In this document: one piece after another, positions 25,510 through 37,804 of the stretch
Position numbering within the stretch: position 1 is the stretch's first letter
Layout of the letters: every line of letters starts with the position of its first letter
DNA from: Cetorhinus maximus
Lineage: Eukaryota
NCBI RefSeq assembly: GCF_964194155.1
Contig: NC_135901.1
Location: 27,218,001 to 27,282,000, forward strand
DNA: 64,000 nucleotides
Direction of reading: 5' to 3'
Translations under genes and position numbers: made by a program
The notes under the pieces: model-generated
Database searches by the model: none
The model's input: the letters and a program-made list of their open reading frames with translations, nothing else
Told to the model about the DNA's origin: nothing

Positions 25510-26425
25510 TTACGAAAGTATGATAATTTTCACACTATTATTCTGGTTTATTGTCAAGTAGGTTTATGGGTGTGAATGTGAAGGTTCTCTCTGTGTGATT
25601 TAATTACATTTGGAGTCAGGGAGACTGCAAGATTGAAATTATCAAAATAAGTTAGGTGTAGATATGTAGTCGAAATGCTAATTTATAAACAGCGATGTGG
25701 TCTTAGCGTGTAAGGTGTGAAGGGTATTTGCATTTTTAGATAAGTGAAGAGTTGTTTGGATTTCAAAGGGACGTTAGGCTTTTTACAACGAGCCAGATAA
25801 GCAAGGCTAACCAGTGTGTTTATTTTTCCCAAAGGTTACTGACAATATTGGCAACATGAAAAATGTTTATAGTATCGGAAAGGTAAAGTTCCAAAGACCT
25901 ATGGAACAATGGAATTTACATATTAAAGAAAGAGAAACATATATAAAGGAGAATGAAAGTTATGTTGGGGGGCCATGTGAAATCTAGCAGGAGTGTGTGA
26001 AACAGCCTTCAGGAAGCATCCACCCATTTGTGCATAAGTCTACCTTGTCCAGTGACTAAAGTTGGAGACAAGCTTTTGGAAATCCACTGTCAAATGTGTA
26101 CTGTGGTAACTTGCTGACTTGTTTTTTAAATTTAAAATCTATTTTGGATTGTTGCATTAAAGAGGGTGTGTAATTTAGAGTCAGGTTAATTAGGAATTTT
26201 AGGATTTGTTATAGTATTAAGTAATTGTAGTCTAATGTATGTGTTTGAAATCTTTTTATTCTGTTAATAAATATTTAAATTTCATTTTTAAAATCTCTAA
26301 AGGTCTTAGTGGACTCCTTGTTTCTGAATTCAGTGCACACATCTTCTCGTAATAAATAGAAATTGCAAAACTGTTGTGATAGCATGGCCAAGTTTCCCTA
26401 GTGGATTTGGTCCACCTGGCACACA
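25510..26425 (+). mobile_element. Solo-LTR-like element related to 1374-2359
   Basis: 26250-26420 is colinear with 2165-2340; interrupts intron sequence that is contiguous in the paralogue at ~40345-40370; termini and TSD unclear. Confidence 0.65.
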
Positions 26426-26855
26426 TCATTAGACATATCTTTGCCCTCTAGCACTGTGTTCTCCAGGGGACAGAATTCTTATGAAATAAAATAAGGGACC
26501 CTTCAGACGTGGGGCTGGAGGCATGCGTGGGGGTGGGATGCTTGTGACCATGAGAGCAAGTTGACGGGGGGCTGGGTTTCAATATGAGAGAGAGGATGGG
26601 AAAGAGGGGTCCTGATACAATAATAGTGGGAGGGGTGGGGTTTAAAATCAACTAAAACTTACAACTTATCTTGTTCAGTCATAGCATCATCATTCCTCTG
26701 CTGGCTGATCATTCACTTGCCGTCCCACTCGAATCACTCAAACTCACACTGAAGACTCCCGGGATCAGTTTCCCACAGGCTGTCCTAGAAATACAGGACA
26801 AAAGGTAAAATAAGGAGCAATCCCTTAAAATACAGGACAGTTAAAAACCCTGATA

Positions 26856-27872
26856 TTGTCCCCTTAAATGTCAGCCATCTCCTGGGGAAACCACCCCTTT
26901 AATTGTGAACATTAGGAAAGAGACCATCCTTTTAGCCAGACAAATAAATGTGTCAAGCTGAGGGAGCAAAGGATGTCAATGTCTTTAAAGGAGAGAGAGA
27001 CCTGGGCCAACCTTTCCAGAGTCTGCACCCTCCCTGGATTCACTTCCTTTCCCTTCAGTTCCTGCAAGTCAACAATTTCCCCCCAGAATGAGAAAAGAAA
27101 TGGAAAGGGGAGAAAAGAAAGTGTTTTACTCGCAGATGTTGGACACAGGAGGAAGTTTCAGTCTGAATCTCATTGTCCAACTTCCGCATTGTGACGTCCA
27201 CAATGGAACCCTGCCTGAATCAGCCAATAGGAATCACTCTGCTCCGCGATGACGTTCTCAGGTGCCAGTCCGCAGGCCAGGCGCGCGGACACGGGAGCCC
27301 CGCCCCTACCCATTGTTCCCCCTCCATCTACACCTCCTCGAGCCAAGGTTTCCATGCAACCGGCTGACGGCTCCGGCCAGAGCGAGAAGCCGTTCGGAGA
27401 GCTCGCGAGAGGCGAAGCTGCGCATGTGCGGGGGAGAGCCCGCCCCTTCCCTTCATGTTGAAGGACTGACCAATGCGAAGTGTTGGAGGACCGGAAGGAC
27501 GCTGGTCTTCCAGCCAATCAGAGCGCGGACTTTGTGTGAATGAAGATTGAGGTTCACACAGACTAAAACTTCCTCCTGTGTCCAACATCTGTGAGTAAAA
27601 CACTTTCTTTTCTCCCCCTTTCCATTTCTTTTCTCATTCTGGGGGGAAATTGTTGACTTGCAGGAACTGAAGGGAAAGGAAGTGAATCCAGGGAGGGTGC
27701 AGACTCTGGAAAGGTTGGCCCAGGTCTCTCTCTCTCTCTCTGAAAGACATTGACATCCTTTGCTCCCTCAGCTTGACACATTTATTTGTCTGGCTAAAGG
27801 ATGGTCTCTTTCCTAATGTTCACAATTAAAGGGGTGGTTTCCCCAGGAGATGGCTGACATTTAAGGGGACAG
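26856..27872. repeat. ~300-bp near-perfect inverted repeat (26856-27163 / 27563-27872) around a promoter
   Basis: Direct comparison of the arms; they are the exon 1 / mini-exon / intron starts of divergent genes E and F. Confidence 0.9.
27134..27590. promoter_or_regulatory. Bidirectional promoter plus first exons, arm B (-) / arm A (+), between genes E and F
   Basis: Inverted paralogue of 15702-16149; donors GCGAGT (27133, minus) and GTGAGT (27591, plus). Confidence 0.75.
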
Positions 27873-27924
27873 TAAATTAATACAGGACTGATATATGTCT
27901 AGTGTTGTTATATCTTATATGTAC

Positions 27925-28185
27925 ACTGAGATGAGGAGAAATGTCCTCATCCAGAGAGTGGTGAGCCTGTGGAATTCGTTACCATGGAAAGTAATTGAGG
28001 CCAAAACATTGTGTGTTTTCAAGAAGCTGTTAGATGTAGCTCTTGGGGCAAAACAGATCAAAGGATATGGGGAGAAAGCGGGAGCAAGCTGTTGAGTTGG
28101 ATGATCAGCCAAGATCATAATGAATGGCGGAACAGGCTCGAAGGGCTGAATGGCCTATTCTTGCTCCTAGTTTCTATGTTTCTAT
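27925..28185 (+). mobile_element. CR1-type LINE extreme 3' end
   Basis: RRNVLIQRVVSLWNSLP motif and tail ending TTCTATGTTTCTA. Confidence 0.7.
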
Positions 28186-28907
28186 TAGATATATTTATTA
28201 TTATTTCTAGTGTTCTGACATAGTACTGTAGCTACATTATAAATCTCCAGCCCTAGATTTGTTAAGACACAGAAGAAGACTAATGGGCACCTTGAGTCCG
28301 TATCAACTCTCTGTAGAGCAATCCAGTCAGTCCTATTCCCCCTCTGTATCCCTATACTGCTGCAAGTCTATTTCCTTCAGGTGCCTATCGAATTTCAGTT
28401 TGAAATCATTGGTCTTCCACCTGCCTTACAAGTTGCGAGTTCCAAATAATGACCACTCACTGTAATAAACTACAGTTGTGAACATTTCGAATCATGGAGT
28501 TCATTAAAACTAGAATTGTGTGTTCTAAATTTCTATCCTGTACTGACAGTGATGGCTTTTGTAATCTCTTTCTACAGAACATCAGAAGTTGAGGATGTGA
28601 AGACAGGAATTTCACAACAAACATCACATCAAGATCTGACAGACTCACTCAAATCATCAGGAGCTGAATATCATCGAACTTTGAATCTAGCTGGAGAAAT
28701 GTTTCTGTGTTCTGCCTGCTTCAAAAGATTTTAAGCGTCAAGGTGACTGGAAATGCACCGAGACGCACACACCCGAGTGAGGGTGTTCCTGTGCACTGAC
28801 TTGTGGAACAAGCTTTAAACAGTTATGCAGTCTGAAAAAACATCACAGCATTCACATTGAGGAGAGACATTATACATGTTCTGTGTGAGGACAAGGACAC
28901 CTGCACC

Positions 28908-29918
28908 ATGGAGAAACCGTGGAAATGTGGGGACTGTGGGAAGGGATTTCGGGCCCCCTCTGATCTGGAGATTCATCGACGCCGTCACACTGGGGAGAGG
29001 CCGTTCACCTGCTCCGTGTGCAAGAAGGGATTCAGTCAATCATCCAGCCTGCTGCAGCACCATGTCACTCACACCAATGAGAGACCTTTTAAATGCTCTG
29101 ACTGTGGGAGTGCCTTCAAAAGGTCTCATGATCTGACGGTCCACCAGCACATTCACACTGAGGAGAGATCATTCAGCTGCTCTCACTGTGGGAAGGCATT
29201 TGGAACATCCTCCAAACTGCTGATACACCAGCGAGTTCACTCTGGGGATAGGCCATTCACCTGCTCCATTTGTAGAAAGGGATTCACTCAGTCAAGCACC
29301 CTGTGGACACACAAGCGAGTTCATACCGGGCAGAAGCCGTTCACCTGCTCTGAGTGTGGGAAGGGATTCAGTGATTCATCACATCTGCAGAGACACTGGC
29401 GAGTACATTCTGGGGAGCGGCCGTTCTCCTGCTCTGAATGTGGAAAGGGATTTACTCAGATATCCAACCTGCAGATCCACCAGCGAGTTCACTCTGGGGA
29501 GAGGCCATTCACGTGCTCTGTGTGTGGAAAGAGATTCACTCAGTTATCCAACCTGCAGATCCACCAGCGAGTTCACACCGGGGAGAGGCCATTCACCTGC
29601 TGTGTGTGTGGAAAGGGATTCAGTCATTCCTACACACTGCAGAAACACAAGTGGGATCACACTGGGGAGAAGCCATTCACCTGCTCTGAGTGTGGGAAGG
29701 GATTCAGCGATTCATCCACACTGCAAACACATAAGCGAGTTCACACAGGGGAGAGGCCATTCACTTGCTCCTTGTGTGAGAAGAGATTCACTCAGTTATC
29801 CAACCTGCTGACACACCAGCGAGTTCACACTGGAGAGAGACCGTTCACCTGCTCTGAGTGTGGAAAGAGATTCACTCAGTCATCGCACCTGCAGAGACAC
29901 CAGCGAGTTGACAGGTGA
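28908..29918 (+). CDS. C2H2 zinc-finger protein F, 12 fingers (last lacks the final His)
   Basis: accATGg [10 protein letters not shown]; acceptor at 28577; upstream exons ending 27590 and at 27664-27713. Confidence 0.88.
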   Translation: MEKPWKCGDCGKGFRAPSDLEIHRRRHTGERPFTCSVCKKGFSQSSSLLQHHVTHTNERPFKCSDCGSAFKRSHDLTVHQHIHTEERSFSCSHCGKAFGTSSKLLIHQRVHSGDRPFTCSICRKGFTQSSTLWTHKRVHTGQKPFTCSECGKGFSDSSHLQRHWRVHSGERPFSCSECGKGFTQISNLQIHQRVHSGERPFTCSVCGKRFTQLSNLQIHQRVHTGERPFTCCVCGKGFSHSYTLQKHKWDHTGEKPFTCSECGKGFSDSSTLQTHKRVHTGERPFTCSLCEKRFTQLSNLLTHQRVHTGERPFTCSECGKRFTQSSHLQRHQRVDR

Positions 29919-30544
29919 TTCCAGGGATTGGATTCTGCTGTTTTGCTGCTGTTAATCACATCCAGGACTGAATCATATTCATCCTGACACTTGATGAAGT
30001 GGGAGGGTCGGAGGGTTTCTTTCTGCTGGACTGGCCGGTCTCTTGACTTTGCTTCCAGTAGCTGATGCTCTTTGAGCCTGGGAGTGCACATTTCCACTGA
30101 AATGATCCACAAAAGCTGATGAAGGATATTTATTTCATCCTGGACAGTAAATAGTGTCTTCCCTAACAATACAGGTAGATCTAAAATAAATACATTTGTC
30201 TCTGTTCCATTGAGTCTGCAGCACAGGGCCAGGCCAGGCGGCTCAATTGGTCTCTGTCAGTATTTATGCTACACTTGAGCCTCCACCCACCCCTCTTCAT
30301 CTACCCCATCAGCATATCCTTCTATTCCTTTCTCCCTCATGTATGTATCTAGCTTCCCCTGAAATATATTCATACTATTCACCTCAAGCACTCGCTGTGG
30401 TAGTGAGTTCCATATTCTCACCACTCGTTGGGCAAAGAGGTTTCTCATGAAATCCCTGTTGGATTATTGAACCCCTTCATCATCTTAAAGACTTCCATCA
30501 GGTCACCCTTCAGTGTTCTCTTCATTTTTTAAAACAGTTAATCA

Positions 30545-33172
30545 TTTATGGGATGTTAGACTTTCACAGGATGTGGATTTATCTGACTAGACCAACATTT
30601 ATTGCCCTCCTCTAATTGCCCCTTGAGAAGGTGGTGGTGAGCTGCCTTGTTGAACCGCCGCAGTCCGTGTGGTGTAGGTACACCCACAGTGCTGTTAGGG
30701 AGGGAGTTCCAGGATTTTGACCCAGCGACAGTGAAGGCACGGCGATATTGATTCACGTCAAGATGGCGTGTGGCTTGGAGGGGAACTTGAAGGTGGTGGT
30801 GTTCCCATGTGTCTGCTGCGCTCATCCTTCGAGGTGGTAGAGGTCGCGCGTTTGGAAGATGCTGTCGAAGGACCCTGAGTGAGTTGCTGCTCTACATCTT
30901 ATAGATGGTAAACACTGCTGGAGGGAGTGAATGTTTGTGGATGGGGTGCCAATCAAGTGGGCTGCTTTGTACAGGATGGTGTTGAGCTTCTAGAGTATTG
31001 TTGGAGCTGCACTCATCCAGGCAAATGGGGAGTATTCCATCACACTCCTGACTTGTGCCTTGTAGATGGTGGACAGGCTTTCGGGAGTCAGGAGGTGAGT
31101 TACTTGCTTCAGAATTCCCAGCCTCTGGCCTGCTCTTGTAGCCACAGTATTTATATGGCTGGTCCAGTTCAGTTTCTGGTCAATGGTAACCCGCAGTATG
31201 TTGATAGTGGGGGATTCAGTGATGGTAATGTCATTGAACATCAAGGGGTGATGGTTAGATTCTCTCTTGTTGGAGATGGTCATTGCCTTGCACTTGTGTG
31301 GTGCGAATGCTATTAGCCACTTGTCAGCCCAAGCCTGGATATTGTCCAGGTCTTGCTGCATTTGGACATGGACTGCTTCAGCATCTGAGGAGTCTCAAAT
31401 GGTGCTGAACATTGTACAATCATCGGTGAACATCCCTACTCCTGATCTTATGATGGAAAGAAGATCATTGATGAAGCAGCTGAAGATGGCTGGGCCTAGG
31501 ACACTACCCTGAGGAACTCCTGCAGTGATGTCCTGGAGCTGAGATGATTGACCTTCAACAACCACAACCATCTTCCTTTGTGCTAGGTATGACTCCAACC
31601 AGCGGAGAGTTTTCCCCTGATTTCTATTGACTCCAGTTTTACTAGGGCTCCTTGATGCCATATTTGGCCAAATGCTGCCTTTCTGTGAAGGGCAGTCACA
31701 CTTGCCTCACTCCTGGAGCTCAGCTCTTTTGTCCATGTTTGAACCAAGGCTGTAATGAGGTCAGGAGCTGTGTGGCCCTGGCGGAACCCAAACTGAGCAT
31801 CAGTGAGCAGGTTATTGCTGAGTGAAAGGTGCTTGATAGCACTGTCGACGATGCTTTCCTTCATTTTGCTGATTGAGAGTAGATAGTTGGGGGGTAATTG
31901 GCCGAGTTAGATTGTCCTGCTTTTTGTGTATATACACATTGCCAGGTTGATGCCAGTGTTGTAGCTGTACTGGAACAGCTTGGCTAGGAGCACAGCTAGT
32001 TCTGGAGCACAAGTCTTCAGTCCTCTTGCCAGAATTTTGTCAAGGCCCATAGCTTTTGCAGTATCCAGTGCCTTCAGCCATTTCTTAATAGCATGTGGAT
32101 TGAATCAAATGGGCTGAAGACTGGCATCTATGATGCTGGGGATCTTAGGAGGCCAAGATAGATCATCTAGCTCACACTTCAGGCGGAAGATGTTTGCAAA
32201 TGCTTCAGCCTTGTCCTTTGCACTGATGTGCTTGGCTTCCCCATCACTGAGGATTGGGATATTTGTGGAGCCTCCTCCTCCAGTGAGTTGTTTATTTGTC
32301 CACCACCATTCATGACTGATTTGGCAGGACTGCAGAGCTCAGATCTGATCCCTTGGTTTTGGGATTGCTTAGCTCTGTCCGCCACTTGCTGCTTTCACTG
32401 TTTGGCACACAAGTAGTCCTGTGTTGCAGCTTCACCAGGTTGACACCTCATTTATAGGTTTGCCTGATGCTGCTCCTGGCATGCCCTTCTGCACTCTTCA
32501 TTGAACCAGGGTTGATCCCCTGGCTTGGTGGTAATGGTAGAGTGGGGGATATGCCGGGACATGAGGTTACAGATTGTGGCTGTGCACAATTCTGCTGCTG
32601 CTGATGGCCCACAGCCCCTCATGGGTGCCCAGTTTTGAGCTGCTAGATCTGTTTGAAATCGATCCCATTTAGCCCAGTGGTAGTACCACACAACATGATG
32701 GAGAGTATCCTCAATGTGAAGACAGGACTTTGTCTCCACAAGAACTGTGCAGTAGTCACTCACACCAACACTTTGATGAACAGCTGAATCTGCGATAAGG
32801 AGATTGGTGAGGACGAGGTCAGGGAGGTTTTTCCCTCTTGTTGGTTCCCTCAATACCTGCCGCAGACCCAGTCTAGCAGCGAAGACCTTTAGGACTCGGC
32901 CAGCTTGGTCAGTGGTGATGCTACTGAGTCACTCTTGGTGATGGACATTGAAGTCCCCCACCCAGAGTACATTTGGTGCCCTTTCCACCCTCAGTGCTTC
33001 CTCCAAGTGCTGTTCAACATGGAGGAGCACTGATTCATCAGCTGAGGGGGTGGTCGGTAGGTGGGAATCAGCAGGAGGTTTCCTTGTCCATGTTTGACCC
33101 GATGCCATGAGACTTCATGGGATCCAGAGTCAAAGTTGAGGACTCCCAGGACCACTCCCTCCTGACTGTATC
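30545..33172 (-). mobile_element. Decayed CR1-clade LINE ORF2 (AP endonuclease plus reverse transcriptase) and 3' UTR
   Basis: Fragments EPTRGKNLPDLVLTN, QFGFRQGH, GVPQGSVLGPAIFSCFINDL, MFTDDCT, VRSVMEYSP across several frameshifts. Confidence 0.9.
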
Positions 33173-33229
33173 CCACTGTTTACACAAATACCATTGTACA
33201 CACAAATTGCTGAATTCAGAGCAAGATGA

Positions 33230-34700
33230 CAGGGAATTTCTTCCAAAAGTCCAATTCCTAACAGCCAGTACTCAAAAGCCAGATGGATTGTCAGCAATCA
33301 GCAATGTGGTTCCTGGCAAAGTGAACCAGACCTCAAATCTGGAAATCCTTTGGACCCATCACAAGTTCTATCCCAGGGCCCAGACTGTACACAATCCGAT
33401 ACAGATTTAAAAAGCACCATGAGGAATAGAAAACTGAAGTACAACCTTTTAACCAAGGACCTGGAAAGACTGTGACAGGGGAAAGGAGATCTCTTGAGAA
33501 GGTTAAAGAAAGTGAATCAACCAATAGCAAAATGAACTCTTGTTTACCAGAACATTGGACTCTAAGAACTCAAGCAAATTGAACTTTAAAACCTAATTGT
33601 CACATTCAGTTTGTTTTGTTACAGGTTAAGCTGAGAGTGTTGCCAAGGTGATATGTTTAATTGTAAAATGTGACGAAGGGAAAACATTATCTGTACAGCG
33701 TGTAAAAAGGTAGTTGTTACAGTGTTTATCATGTTAAAATGTGTTGTAGTCAAAAAGGATTGTGGTAATTTCCTTGCTTCAGTCAGGTTTTTTCCCTTGG
33801 GTGTGGGGGGGCATGTGATGACCCATGTACCTTGGGGAAAGGGTGTTTTTTATTCATGCAATGGCCCCTTTAAACCCAAAATGAAACTGGGGATTCTTCC
33901 GAAGGAGGGGTAATTGATTTCCTGGTTCTGTGATCATTACTTTAAAGAAATGGCCATGAGACCTGAGGTTAATTTGGGGATGAAAACCTCAGAAACCAAG
34001 AGTTAAAAGACAGTGTATTTTAAATTGAATTGCAGTTTGATTTCTGCTGAAGCAGGTTCAGTTACAGGGTAAAATGTCAGACATAGTTGAGAACGAAACC
34101 TGGTGTTGAAGCAGGGACTGTGGTACTCAGTGTGTTATACAGTTGGAAAGGGCAGGGAGCTGAAGACAAGGAGAGCAGGGGATTGTGGATTGGAAAAGAC
34201 CCCTTGCTTCTATTTCAGTTTTGCCAGAGCCAGCCAGACGTTTTAAAGGGGCTGAAGAAGGGAGCCTTTGGGTATTCTGTGACATCAGGACTGCTGTGAC
34301 CCAAGAGAGAGAGCATTCGTAGACGTGCACTTTATTGGTTTTCACCGTACGTCGGGACCTCAGATAGAATAGTGACTCCAGGGCTAAATCCATTGAGTGG
34401 GAAGTGAGAGGTCCGACATAGGGAGGGCAATTGGAAAGACTGTGAGATTGCCCGTGGTGCAACATGTGTGCAGGAAGTAATGTGGGTGTTTATAACAACC
34501 CTTTGTCCTATCGACTATTTACAGTGAAATTTCCCCTTTGAAATATCCATTGCCTGTTAATGAATGTTTGTGTTGATTTTAGTTGATTTATTACAGTAAA
34601 AGTTTTAAAAGGTGAAATCTTGTCCATTGGTTTTCTTTCCATTGGTGTCGTGGGGATTCCTTTCATTTAATAAGTTATCGGTCTCTACAGGAATCGGAAC
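33230..34700 (+). mobile_element. Probable Gypsy-type 3' internal remnant plus LTR
   Basis: WKSFGPITSSIPGPRLYTI...MRNRK resembles integrase C-terminal PRSY..RRNR; 34590-34700 recurs inverted at 63465-63575. Confidence 0.4.
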
Positions 34701-35689
34701 GGAGTCATAGAATCATTAGGGCAGAGTAGGAGGCCATTCCACCCATCAAGTCCATGCTGACCCTCTTTTTAACAATATGGTCAGTCCCATTCTCCAGTTC
34801 TAACCCTGTAGCCCTGCAAGTTTATTTCCCTCAAGTGCCCATCCAATTCTGTTTTGATATCTGGGTAAGAGAACCAAGAGCTGGGAGGGACCCAAAGGAA
34901 AGCCAGTTTAATCTGGCATGTTCGCTGTTTATTATTCAGACCTGGAAGGTAAGAAGGGGTTTAGTTAATCAGCAAGTCGAGCCTGGATCAGGTCAAAAAA
35001 ATGGGGATGAAATGGGTTTGATGTGTATCTGAGATGGGAAAGCTTTATGTAAACCCGATCAAATCTTTGAGAGGAGAGAGAGAGACAAACATTAGAACAG
35101 GTCCCAGTCCCCATTAAAACACGCAGCCTGGGAAGATTAGGAAGGGGACCTCCTCTGCCACTCAGTCAGCTCATGGCTGATCTACACATCCACTCCGTGC
35201 TCCTGTCTTTGCTGTGCTCTGCACAGGGTTGGGTCGATGAGGGATGGAAGCCGGTGAGATTAGAGTGGGGGTGGGACGGGGAACCAGAGCCCAATGAACA
35301 CACACGTGAACCCTGCAGGAGGCTGATCCCCCACAACTGACCAAGCCAGAAGGAAAAGAGCATCCTGAAACGCAGCAAGAATTCTCTCAGCTGGGAGCTA
35401 ACCAGGCAATGTGTTGTGAGGAGGCTTTAGAAACATACCCTGGGTAGACTCGTTCTCCGAAGCTGTGGGCTTGTCAGCTGGACAGTGAAACTAGGCGTCC
35501 AACAGCCACAGCCGCCTCTAATATGGGACACTGGGTGTAACCCTGTTCTGTATTCAGACCGAGCTGATGCTGGCTTATTGTGATATTGTTAATCTGACCC
35601 TTAATTGATTCAATTCCATCCGTTGATAACATTGATTCAAGTAAAGTGCTTACTCTGTTAATCTGCAAATAAAGTGTCTCCACTGACAC

Positions 35690-36220
35690 TCAGTCCATTC
35701 ACCTATCACCCCCTGTGCTCACTGACTGACATTGGCTCCCACTCAAGCAATGCCTCCATTTTAAAATTCTCCTCCTTGGGCCCGATCTTACCTCTGTAAA
35801 AGCGAATGGGATTTTGAGTGAGTTAAAATCGGGCCCATTCTTTTCAAATCCCTCCATGATCTCACCCATCCCCATCTCTGTAATCTCCTCCATCCCTACA
35901 ACCCTCTGAAATATCAGTGCTCCTCTCATTCTGGAGTATCCCTGATTTTAATCGCTCCACCATTGGCGGCCGTGTCTTCAGCTGCTTGTGTCCCAAGCTC
36001 AGGAATTCCCTCCCTAAACCTCTCCGATTCCCTCCCTCACTTTCCTCCTTTAAGACTCTCCTTAAAACCTGCCTCTTTGTCCGAGCTTTTGGTCACCTGA
36101 CCTAATATCTCTTTATGTGGCTCAGTGTCAGATTTGGTTTGATAATCGCACCTGTGAAACTCCCTGGGAAGTTTTACTACATTAAAGGTGCTATATAAAT
36201 GCAGGTTGTTTTTGTTGTGG
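35690..36220 (+). mobile_element. L2-like LINE 3' end
   Basis: GGRVFSCLCPKLRNSLP...SFKTLLKTCLF motif and tail AAAGGTGCTATATAAATGCA; inverted copy at 60400-60965. Confidence 0.7.
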
Positions 36221-36974
36221 TGGTTTGAATTATTTTCAGGGGATGCCGCTGTTGTTAAGCAGTCAAATATTTTCTTGCTGCGTCCAGAGAGAGCTACAGG
36301 AAGGCTGTTGACTATAATCGGCCATGCAAGGCTTTGTTCAATGTTTAAATATACAGAGGAGTGGAGACATTGTTATATTGGTCACTCAGAGCTGAACAGA
36401 AACCCGTCTCTTTAAATACAGATACAAGGAAGAGGCTGAAATGAAATCTGTCCCTTTTAACCTGCACAAAAGCAGGAGGCTCAGATTCACAGGCTGCAGG
36501 AGTCCATTCGCCCATTGTGCCCCTGCCATCTCTTTGAAAGGACTCTCTGATTCGTCCAACTGCTCTGCTCTTTCCCCACAGCCCTGAAAATTCTTCCCTT
36601 TCAAGTATTTACCCTTTGTAAAGATACTATTGAATTTGCTTTCAGGCAGATCAGAACAACTTGCTGTGTCAAAAAATAAAATCTCATCTCCCCCTCTGGC
36701 TCCTTTGCCAATTACCTTAGAGGGACTCACTTTCTGTTAAAGAGCCTGCCAACCCCTCTCACCCACTTTCCCTAAAGTGCAGAAATCTCATCATGAAAAG
36801 TCCAGAAAAATTAAATATTTTTACTGATAAAAATTTATTCATGAGATTGAGCATGGTTAAAAAAAAACAGAAAATTACTTGAGGATCAAAGACAACCAGA
36901 GTAAAAGGATGTGCACAATGTTCTGGACCCAAATGGTTTCTCTTTAATTCATCTGTCCCCTGTTTGCTGTCCTC

Positions 36975-37595
36975 TTTGTGGAACACCTCCGCTCAGTCCA
37001 CAAGCATGACCCTGACCTTCCAGTTGCTGCCATTATAATTCACCACCTTGCTCTCATGCTCACATTTCTGTCCTCGGCCTGCTGCAATGTTCCCGAGAAG
37101 CCCAACACAAGCTGGATGAACAGCACCTCATCCTCCGATGAGGCACTTTACAACCTCCTGGACTCAACATTGAATTCAACAACTTCAGACCATTGACTCT
37201 GTCCTACATTTTGAATTTTTTTTTTACCAAGTGCCAGTCTGCATCTTGTTTTCATGTTTTTGCTTTCAAACAGAGCTGTCCTTTATTCTGCCATTAACAC
37301 TTACTCTGGACCAATGCTTTGCTTCTTTACTGCAACCATTGCCTCTCCCTTTGTCTTTTGTTCCATGACATTTTTGTTATTTAATCTCACCCGCCCTCTA
37401 ACCAATCCCTGACTTTCCCTTTTGTTCTTCCGAACCCTCCCCCCTTTCTCAACAGCATCAAACCCATCACATTTCTCCCTCTCTGAAGTTGTGAGGAAGA
37501 GTTATGTTGGACTCGAAACGTTAACTCTGTTTCTCTCTACACAGATACTGCCAGACCCGCTGAGTTTTTCCAACACTTTCAGTATTTATTTCAGA
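36975..37595 (+). mobile_element. Penelope-like element 3' part (GIY-YIG endonuclease C-terminus and pseudo-LTR)
   Basis: Across a frameshift reads EHLRSVHKHDPDLPVA-HYNSPPCSHAHISVLGLLQC...EQHLILR*GTLQPPGLNIEFNNF; inverted copy at 59160-59765. Confidence 0.8.
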
Positions 37596-37804
37596 TCTAC
37601 CTGTAGTGGTAGGAAAAACACTATTTACTATCCAGGATAAAATAAATGTCCTTCATCAGTTTTTGTGGATCATTTCAGTGGAAATGTGCACTCCCAGGCT
37701 GAAAGAGCATCAGCCCACTGGAAGCAAAGTCGTGAGACCGGCCAGTCCAGCAGAAAGAAACCCTCTGACCCTCCCACTTCACCAACTGTCATAAAGAACA
37801 TGGT

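Noticed and set aside
26856-27872. Inverted repeat read as a MITE or DNA transposon with long TIRs
   Set aside because: The arms also occur singly upstream of individual genes, carry splice sites and show no TSD
27591-28577. KRAB, SCAN or BTB exon upstream of the finger exon
   Set aside because: No such motif recognised in any intron or ORF; the introns consist of LINE tails and AT-rich sequence
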